The translations under genes and the position numbers were made by a program. A stretch of 64,000 nucleotides of DNA from NCBI GenBank assembly GCA_944390745.1, contig CALXQK010000012.1, positions 343-64,342 on the forward strand. The letters run 5' to 3'. The notes beneath the pieces are model-generated. The model saw only the letters and a program-made list of their open reading frames with translations. It did no database searches and was not told where the DNA came from. This DNA is from an uncultured Duodenibacillus sp. (GTDB lineage: Bacteria > Pseudomonadota > Gammaproteobacteria > Burkholderiales > Burkholderiaceae_F). This document shows positions 17,339 through 24,622 of this stretch, one piece after another (position 1 is the first letter of the stretch; each line of letters starts with the position of its first letter).

Positions 17339-19693
17339 TCAAGACTTTGCCGCGGGGGCCTCCCCGCGCGCGGTTCCGGCAAGCAGATCGCGCACATGCG
17401 CAAGCGCCGCAGCAAGGTCAAGCTTCTGGTCCAGGGGCGAGCGCATGGCGTTGAGGCAGACGCCGATCGTGGTGAGGTTGTGCAGCACGGCGCCGGCAGC
17501 AGGCTGCAGCACGCCCGAAAGGCCTCCGGCCATGAAGGCGGTGTTGAGCCCCACGGAAACAGCGAAGTTCTGCCGGATGCGCGCCATCGCCGCGCGGCTG
17601 AGGTCAATGGCCCGGGGCAGATCCTCAAGGGTGTTGTGCGTGAGCACCAGGTCGGCCACCTCCTGCGCGATGGCGCTGCCCTCGCGCAGCGTTGCGCCGA
17701 CGTCGGCCGCCGACAGCGCGGGGCTGTCGTTGATGCCGTCGCCCACCATGATCACCCGGCAGCCCTGCTCGCGCAGCTTCTGCACGTAGAGCGCCTTGTC
17801 GACGGGCAGCACCTGGGAGCGGTACTCGTCAACGGCCAGGCGCGCGGCCACGGCCGCCGCCGTCTTCTGGTCGTCGCCGGTGAGCATCACCACGCGCCTG
17901 ATGCCGCGCGCCCTGAGAGCCTCAATGACCCCGGCGGCCTCCCCGCGCAGCGGATCGAGAATGCCGAGCACGCCGGCAAGCCTTCCGCCGCGGGCGATAT
18001 AAAGCACCGACTTGCCCTCGCCGGCAAGCCGCGCCACGACCCGGGCCGCCGGCGTGCAGTCCACGCCCTCGTCCTCCTCGACGAAGTGCCGGGAGCCGAT
18101 CACCACCTTTTCGCCCGCAACGCTCGAGCAGATGCCGTGGGCAACGATGTAGCGCACCTCGGCATCGTGCACCTCGTCGGCGTGGTAAAGCCCGCGGGCG
18201 GCCGCGGCCTCGACCACCGACCGCGACACCGGGTGCGGGAAGTGCTCCTCAAGGCATGCGGCAAGCCGCAGCAGCTCGTCGCTGCCTGAGACGCCGTCGA
18301 CGGGCTCGACGTCGGTCAGCTTCGGCGAGGCCGCCGTGAGCGTTCCCGTCTTGTCAAACACGACGGCGTCGGCCTGGGCGAGCGCCTCAATGTAGCGGCC
18401 GCCCTTGATGAGCATCCCCGCGCGCGAGCCCTCCTTCATGGCGGTCAGAATGGCCAGGGGAGCGGCAAGCCGCAGTGCGCAGGAGTAGTCCACGAGCAGC
18501 ACCGCGGCGGTGCGCGCAAGGCTGCGGGTGAGCGCAAAGACCAGGGCCGCAAGGGCAAAGTTCCAGGGCACGACGGCATCTGCCATGCGCTCGGCGCGGC
18601 CCTGGATTCCGGCCTTGGCCTGCTCGCTTGTCTCGATGAAGTCGATGATTCTGCTAAGCCGCGTCTCGCCGCCCATCTGCGTGGGGATGATGTCGATCTC
18701 GCCGTCCTCGACGACGGTGCCGGCAAACACCATGCCTCCGGCGGCGCGGTGCACCGCAAGCGGCTCGCCCGTCATGCTCGCCTGATTGACCGCGGCCACG
18801 CCCGAGACCACCTTCCCGTCCACCGGAATCGTGCTGCCGGCCCGAACCACGATGAGGTCGTCGGGCCGGGCATCCCTGAGCGCAATCTCAAGAACCTCTC
18901 CAGCGCGCCGCACCCAGACGCGGTCGACCTTGAGCGCGAGCTGGTCGGCCAGGCTCTCCAGGGACTTTCGACGGGTGTAGCTTTCAAGCAGCTCGCCCAG
19001 CCCCAGCAGGAGCACCACCAGACCGGCCGTCTTGAAGTCCCGCCGCAGCAGCGAGACCGCCACGGCCGCCGCGTCCAGAACCTCAACATTGAGCCGGCCG
19101 CCGCGCAGCTCCCGCAGCCCCTTGAAAATGATGGGAATGGCGCCGATCACCGTGTTGAGCGCATTGATCACGAGCGGCAGCCAGGGCCGAACCGCAAACC
19201 AGCTCACCACGGGCGAAAGGTCCAGCGCGCCCGCGGCCGCAGCGCCGCCTCCCGCACCGGCAGAGGGCAGGCGTGCGGCCTGCGCCAGACGCCTCAGGGG
19301 GCGCGCTGCGGCGCGCACCAGGGGAAGCCCCCGCACCCCCTCCGAAAGAAGGTGCGCAAGCCCGCCGATGCCAGGCAACGTCGGGGCGTCCGCCCGCCGG
19401 CAGGCCGCACGGGCGCGGTCGGCCTGCGCACGCGCAAGAATCTCGCCGCGTCGCCCGCGCGCCATGGGCGGCTGCTGCAGCAGCCCCGCGAAGTACGCCG
19501 CAACGCGCTGACGCGCCGGCAGCGCATCGACCGTGCAGATCACCGAACCCGTCCGCGGACGAACCCTGACGCCCGTCACGCCTGCAACCGCCGAGAGCTC
19601 CTCGGCAATGAGCCCGGCGCTTGCCTGCGTCATTGTCTGCGCAGTTTTCCAGCGCTGGCGGCTTCCCGCCTCATGAACCAAAACAAACCGCAT
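17339..19693 (-). CDS. Heavy-metal-type (P1B) P-type ATPase with an atypical S-C-A transmembrane motif
   Basis: 'MTGEP' (A-domain TGE), 'DKTGTLT', P1B 'HP' dipeptide ('FPHPVS'), 'MLTGD', 'GDGINDSPAL'. The membrane motif is 'DYSCALRLA' where CPC/CPx is normally found. The N-terminal HMA-like domain has no CxxC. Confidence 0.85.
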   Translation of the reverse strand: MRFVLVHEAGSRQRWKTAQTMTQASAGLIAEELSAVAGVTGVRVRPRTGSVICTVDALPARQRVAAYFAGLLQQPPMARGRRGEILARAQADRARAACRRADAPTLPGIGGLAHLLSEGVRGLPLVRAAARPLRRLAQAARLPSAGAGGGAAAAGALDLSPVVSWFAVRPWLPLVINALNTVIGAIPIIFKGLRELRGGRLNVEVLDAAAVAVSLLRRDFKTAGLVVLLLGLGELLESYTRRKSLESLADQLALKVDRVWVRRAGEVLEIALRDARPDDLIVVRAGSTIPVDGKVVSGVAAVNQASMTGEPLAVHRAAGGMVFAGTVVEDGEIDIIPTQMGGETRLSRIIDFIETSEQAKAGIQGRAERMADAVVPWNFALAALVFALTRSLARTAAVLLVDYSCALRLAAPLAILTAMKEGSRAGMLIKGGRYIEALAQADAVVFDKTGTLTAASPKLTDVEPVDGVSGSDELLRLAACLEEHFPHPVSRSVVEAAAARGLYHADEVHDAEVRYIVAHGICSSVAGEKVVIGSRHFVEEDEGVDCTPAARVVARLAGEGKSVLYIARGGRLAGVLGILDPLRGEAAGVIEALRARGIRRVVMLTGDDQKTAAAVAARLAVDEYRSQVLPVDKALYVQKLREQGCRVIMVGDGINDSPALSAADVGATLREGSAIAQEVADLVLTHNTLEDLPRAIDLSRAAMARIRQNFAVSVGLNTAFMAGGLSGVLQPAAGAVLHNLTTIGVCLNAMRSPLDQKLDLAAALAHVRDLLAGTARGEAPAAKS

Positions 19694-19770
19694 GCGCGCA
19701 GCTCCCCTTCAAGCTCAACCGTTGACCCTGGCCGCAGGCCCTGCATGCAGGCCGGCGGCCCCAGAGAAAA

Positions 19771-20103
19771 TCAGGCCGCAGGTGAACAGGCCGCGGGCGC
19801 CGCCTCGGCGCCTGCCGGGGCATCCTCCCGGGAGACGGGAGCGGCGGCCTGCGTCTGGGCCGCCTCCCTTGCCTCGCGGCGGGCCATGTTCTTGACCTGC
19901 GCCTCGGCCACCACATCCTCAATGTCCTCGCGGACGCTCTCAACGCCCGCCATGAGCTTGTCGCGCAGCTCGAGCCCGCCGCTGACAAGGTCGCTGGCAA
20001 GGGGCTTGATGCGCAGTTCGCCGCGCGTGATCGCCACGGCGCCCAAGGCCCCCACCACGAGGCCGCCAAAAAAGAAGAGTCCGCACTTGGTCGTGTTGTC
20101 CAT
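19771..20103 (-). CDS. Small membrane protein (first gene of the P1B-ATPase operon)
   Basis: 110-aa ORF. One N-terminal TM segment ('GLFFFGGLVVGALGAVAI') followed by an amphipathic, acidic helix. Co-directional with the ATPase and 78 nt upstream of it. Confidence 0.5.
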   Translation of the reverse strand: MDNTTKCGLFFFGGLVVGALGAVAITRGELRIKPLASDLVSGGLELRDKLMAGVESVREDIEDVVAEAQVKNMARREAREAAQTQAAAPVSREDAPAGAEAAPAACSPAA

Positions 20104-20225
20104 CTCTCAATTCTCCATTGAAAAAGTCCGCACGCACGCCGCCCCTCAGGGGCCCTGCAGCCGGTCAGGGAAACAGCCGCGCGCGCCGCTTGAATCCGGG
20201 GGAAATTGTGTCACACATAAATGAG

Positions 20226-20244
20226 AATGATTATTAAAATCATT
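20226..20244. promoter_or_regulatory. AT-rich inverted repeat, Fur-family-box-like, in the divergent ATPase-operon / asmA promoter region
   Basis: AATGAT-TATTAAA-ATCATT (19 bp) inside GAGAAT-GATTAT-TAAAAT hexamer-like repeats. It sits in a sharply AT-rich island about 125 bp upstream of the 20103 start. Confidence 0.25.
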
Positions 20245-20492
20245 AATTCATCACAGTTTCTTGACGCACGTCACAAGAACCGACAGTCCCAGCGCGCGGC
20301 CTGCGCCGCACGCGGCCGCGCAGGGAGCGTTGCAGTCCGGACGCACCGAAGCCCGCGCACGCGAATCTTTTGCACCCCCGGCCGATGCCTGCCGCCCAAA
20401 GTGCTTTAGCATTGACGGCTGACTGATTTCTTCCCCTTTCCACTCCCTTTTGGCATGTCCGGCCGGTCATCTGCGGCCGCCCTCTTTCTGTG

Positions 20493-23111
20493 ATGATCGA
20501 CACCCGAGTCAAGCGCTTTGTTCTGGGCTTTATCGTTCTCGTCGCCGTGCTGTGTCTGGCGGCGGTTTGCGCGCTCTTTGTCTGGGTCAATGAAAAGGCG
20601 GTGCAGCGCACGATCGAGGACTTTTCCGCGCAGGCGCTCTCGGCCGACGTGCGCTTTGAGGGGCCGGTGAAGATTCAAAGGCTCTCCACGCTCAAGATCG
20701 CGCTGCCGGCCATGACCTTCACGGACAGGGAGAGCGGCGCGCTGATCGGGCGCATCGCCTCGGCGCACGCCGACGTCTCGATCTGGTCTCTGGCGCTTGG
20801 AGCCGTGCACGTTCATTCCGCTGAAATCGACGGACTGGAGGGGACGCTGTCAGTGCCCGCCCTCTCTGGAAACGCCCTCTTTGAATCCACCTTCGGCAGC
20901 GTGCGCTTTCCCGACAGCCTTCGCGTCTCAAGCCTGAACCTCACCCGCGCCCGCTTCACGCTTGAAGTCGCCGCCCACGAAAGGGCGCAGCGGTTTCTTC
21001 TCACGGATCTGAGCCTCTCGCTCGGGCGCTTCTCGCCCGAGATGACGACGCCCTTTGAGCTCTCCACGCGCCTGGAGGCGCTCGATGAGAGCGGCCGCGT
21101 CGTGCCGATGCCCGAGCTTGAGATGCCCGCCGCTGCACCGGCCGAGCCCGCCGGCGCAGCCGACGCATCCAATGTCGGAGCGGGACCCGCTGCTCCGGCC
21201 GCTGAATCTGCACCGCAGGAGTCGACCGAAGCTTCGGAAAAGCCCTCTGCCGAGGCGCCTTTGGGGCCCTCCGCCGACACGTCGGCCGGGGCCTCTTCCG
21301 ACAATCAGTCCGAGGCTGCGCAAGGCCGGGAGTCTGCCGCAGGGGAGTCCTCCGCCGAGGCCGCCATGGACGCCGGCGCCCCGGCCGAGCCTGTCCAGGG
21401 CGAGACCGCCGGGCCTGAGTCCGCCCCCGCCGCGGAGGCGCCCGCCGATGCCGGTGCGCCTGAGGCGCACGGGGATGCGGCTTTGCCCGAATCCGCTCCC
21501 GCCCAGCCCGCCGCAGGGGACGCTGCCGCCCCTGCGATTCTCTCCTGGCTCGGTGCGGCGCACGCGCAGTCCCTGCCCGAAGGATCCGGGGAGTCTGCCG
21601 CCGGTGCAGCAGCCTCCGCCGCGACCCCGGCGCAGTCCATTTTCGAGGGATTTGATCCGAGCAGGCTTTCGGCCATGCTCTCGGCCAAGGGGACGCTCAC
21701 GATCTCCACGGCCAACCGCTACGTTCTCTTTGAAAACCTCAGCTTCTCGGGCGAAGTCTTCTACGGCGGGGAGGTCTTCACGACCGTGGCCCGCGCCGAC
21801 GTGCTGCGCTTCAAGGGTGAGGAGCTCTCGGGCATGAACGCCTCGCTGTCGCTGTCGCGCCCGCAGCAAAGCTCGGGCGACATGCAGTTTGCCGCGGCCG
21901 ACTTCCGACTGCGCCCGGGCGTGCTTGAAAGCCCCGAGATGCGCTTTGAGCACAGCCGCACCGAAGACGGCCGCACCACGAGTCTTTCGCTGGCAAGCAC
22001 CGTGACGGCCGATCTCAAGTCGGGGGCAATTGACTGCGACAGCTTCACCGCACGCGTGACGGTCACGGGCGACAAGACGCTTCCGTCCGACTTTGAAGCT
22101 TCGCTCTCGGGCTTTGTGCGTGCGCGCCTTGCGCAGCGCGAGGCGCGCGTGGGGCTCTCCGGGTCCTTTGCCGGAGCGCCGGTCTCCTACAACGGCGACA
22201 TCGTTCTCACCGACATCGCGCGGCTGCGCGGCGACCTGATGCTCGGAGATCTGGACACGGCGCGGCTGCCCGCCATTCAAAACCTCGACTGGCTGCAGCA
22301 GCTTGACTTCACCGGGACGCTTCGCATCGCCAACATCACCTCCGGACCCTTTACGGCCACGCAGCTGCACGCGCAGCTCACCGCCGGCGAAGGGCGTCTG
22401 CATCTGTCCGATCTGATCGTCAACGTCGCCGACGGGCGCGTGCTGGGCGAACTTGCCCTGGCAAGCACGGGCGACTGGGTCTTCGAGGGCCGCGTCGACG
22501 GCTCGGGACTTGACAAGCTGATGGCGGGCCTCGGAGCCTCGCCGCTCATCTCGGGCGTTGCAAGCGGCCCCCTGGTGATTTCCGGCCGCAGGCTCGATGC
22601 GGCCTCGCTTGAGGCCTCCTGCTCGCTTTCGGTTCTGCGCGGCGCCTATCACGGGCTTGACCTTGAGGCCGCGCGCCGCGTGGTGCTCAAGACCGCTCCT
22701 GAAAGCGACATCACCCGCCCGGGCGCCCGGACCGCCTTTGACGAGGCCTCGGCGCAGCTCTCGCTTAAGAACCGCACGCTCACGATCGGCTCGATCTCGG
22801 CGCGCTCGGTGTACCTCAAGAGCACCGGCAGCGTGCGCGCCGACCTTGCCGCGGGCACTGTCGAGGGCAGCATGAAGAGCACCTTTGCGCCGCTGCACGG
22901 CGAGCCGGCGATCTACCTCTCGGCCGAGCTCTCGGGCTCGGGTCTTGCGCCCGCATGGACGTTTGACTTCGCGCGCTCGGGCCAGGCACTGAGCCGCGCG
23001 CAGGGCCGCCCGCTTCTCAAGCCCGGCCGCCCCGCCCAGGAAGGCGCGCAGGACAAGCCCGCCGAGAGCCGCAGCCTCTGGCAGAGCGTGCGCGACTTCT
23101 TCAAGTTCTAG
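20493..23111 (+). CDS. AsmA-family outer-membrane biogenesis/lipid-transfer protein with a large low-complexity insert
   Basis: N-terminal anchor 'FVLGFIVLVAVLCLAAVCALFVW'. AsmA-like N- and C-terminal regions ('GEGRLHLSDLIVNVADGRVLGELAL'). The central A/E/S/P-rich stretch of about 180 aa is low-complexity. Confidence 0.7.
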   Translation: MIDTRVKRFVLGFIVLVAVLCLAAVCALFVWVNEKAVQRTIEDFSAQALSADVRFEGPVKIQRLSTLKIALPAMTFTDRESGALIGRIASAHADVSIWSLALGAVHVHSAEIDGLEGTLSVPALSGNALFESTFGSVRFPDSLRVSSLNLTRARFTLEVAAHERAQRFLLTDLSLSLGRFSPEMTTPFELSTRLEALDESGRVVPMPELEMPAAAPAEPAGAADASNVGAGPAAPAAESAPQESTEASEKPSAEAPLGPSADTSAGASSDNQSEAAQGRESAAGESSAEAAMDAGAPAEPVQGETAGPESAPAAEAPADAGAPEAHGDAALPESAPAQPAAGDAAAPAILSWLGAAHAQSLPEGSGESAAGAAASAATPAQSIFEGFDPSRLSAMLSAKGTLTISTANRYVLFENLSFSGEVFYGGEVFTTVARADVLRFKGEELSGMNASLSLSRPQQSSGDMQFAAADFRLRPGVLESPEMRFEHSRTEDGRTTSLSLASTVTADLKSGAIDCDSFTARVTVTGDKTLPSDFEASLSGFVRARLAQREARVGLSGSFAGAPVSYNGDIVLTDIARLRGDLMLGDLDTARLPAIQNLDWLQQLDFTGTLRIANITSGPFTATQLHAQLTAGEGRLHLSDLIVNVADGRVLGELALASTGDWVFEGRVDGSGLDKLMAGLGASPLISGVASGPLVISGRRLDAASLEASCSLSVLRGAYHGLDLEAARRVVLKTAPESDITRPGARTAFDEASAQLSLKNRTLTIGSISARSVYLKSTGSVRADLAAGTVEGSMKSTFAPLHGEPAIYLSAELSGSGLAPAWTFDFARSGQALSRAQGRPLLKPGRPAQEGAQDKPAESRSLWQSVRDFFKF

Positions 23112-24082
23112 CCCGCCCGGTCAAAGGCGCGCTCAACCGTGTGCCGCGCCGCGGCGCTGCGCTCAAGAAAGTCCCTCGCCGCGGCCTGCGCCAGCCACTG
23201 CGCAAAGCAGCGCACATCCACGTCCTTGATGTCGCGGTCGGTGCGCGTGATGATGCACATGGTCCAGGCCTGCCGCTCCCAGCCGCGCAGGATCGGCACG
23301 ATCATCCCCGAGCTGATCTCCTCGATGACGTGTCCGCAGTAGAGGTCCGTCGTGATGCCGAGCCCCCCGAGCAGAAGCTCCTTGAGCGTGAACTGGTCGT
23401 GCGTCGAGAAGGTCTTTCTCCACTTCAAGAGCGCGCTCGGCACGCCGTCGCGAAAGAGAAACTGCGAGGGCTTTCGATTGATGGTCTGAAAGAGCAGCCC
23501 GGTGTGCTCGACGAGATCGGCTGGCGTCCTCGGGCAGCCGTTCTTGGCAAGATAGTCCGGTGCGGCGAGCACCGGCGTGGTCGACGTGTTGTAGGCGCGC
23601 ACGAAGATGTCCGCACCGGCGCCCGAAGTCTGCGGACGGTGGTTCATCACCGCGACGTCCACGTCGCCCGAGAGCACCGCGTCGACGCGCACCTCCGGAA
23701 AGACCTGAAACTCAATGCCTGGATGCGCGACGGAGTAGTCGTACAAAAGACGCGAGAAGTACTCCTGCTCAAGCTCAATGGGGGCGGCAAAGCGCAGCAC
23801 CCGGCGCCTTGCCGGCGCCTGCGAGCGCTCCTCGATCATCTGCCGAAAGCCCCGCACGAGGGGCTCGGCCTGCCGCACGAGCTCGCTGCAGCGCTGCGTC
23901 GGGGCAAAGGGGCGCCGGGACCGGTCAAAGAGCCTCGCGCCGAGCTCCTCCTCAAGGCCTGATATCCAGCGCGAGACCCGCGGCAGGTCCGTCTGCATGA
24001 GCTCGGCCGTGCGCGAGATGTTTCCGGTCCGGGCCGTGATCACCACGGCCTCCCAGGCAAGCAAGTTGTTCCTGCAGTTCAT
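23108..24082 (-). CDS. LysR-family transcriptional regulator
   Basis: N-terminal HTH 'ISRTAELMQTDLPRVSRWISGLEEELGARLFDRSRRPFAPT' plus a LysR substrate-binding-type C-terminus. It is divergent from the molybdoenzyme operon. Confidence 0.85.
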   Translation of the reverse strand: MNCRNNLLAWEAVVITARTGNISRTAELMQTDLPRVSRWISGLEEELGARLFDRSRRPFAPTQRCSELVRQAEPLVRGFRQMIEERSQAPARRRVLRFAAPIELEQEYFSRLLYDYSVAHPGIEFQVFPEVRVDAVLSGDVDVAVMNHRPQTSGAGADIFVRAYNTSTTPVLAAPDYLAKNGCPRTPADLVEHTGLLFQTINRKPSQFLFRDGVPSALLKWRKTFSTHDQFTLKELLLGGLGITTDLYCGHVIEEISSGMIVPILRGWERQAWTMCIITRTDRDIKDVDVRCFAQWLAQAAARDFLERSAAARHTVERAFDRAG

Positions 24083-24230
24083 GTTCCGCGAGCCCCTCTG
24101 CCTTGTGCGGCTGCAAAACGTCTAGGGTTTTTTCTGAACTTCCGACAGGCGATTTCAAAACACAGCAATCGCTTGATTTTCAATGACTTTTATGAGTTTG
24201 AACGCCTTCGGGAATGACTTTACCCGATTG

Positions 24231-24247
24231 TTTGCAAAATTTGCAAA
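24231..24247. promoter_or_regulatory. 17-bp palindrome (candidate LysR-type operator containing a T-N11-A core)
   Basis: TTTGCAAA-A-TTTGCAAA is perfectly symmetric about its centre. It contains TGCA-N5-TGCA (T-N11-A). It lies in the 540-bp divergent region between the LysR gene and the molybdoenzyme gene. Confidence 0.35.
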
Positions 24248-24622
24248 CTACCCTGTTCAAAACAACTAGTCAAACCGACGGATGCAGAACACAATCAAAT
24301 CCGAGCGGCTCGTGCATTCCGACAAGCCGCCTGCAGCAGAAGGCTTTGAGGGAGCGGCTTTCCCGAAAAAAACAAGTGCTCGGCCAAGCGAGCGCCCTCC
24401 TTCGAAAGTCTCCGGCTGACAAACCGCAACCCCTGAAATTGGTTTTCCGTCCGCACAAAAACCCCCTTGTGCGGACGCCTGCCCATCCGGATGCCGGGGC
24501 AGCGCGCACCCCCGGGCGGACCGGCGCTCCAGCCGCCGCCCCCGGTCGCCGCCGTCCCCCAGCGGCCCCGCCGCCCGGGCGAGCGGGCCTGAACCATTTT
24601 CGTCCAACCAGGAGATTGAAAA

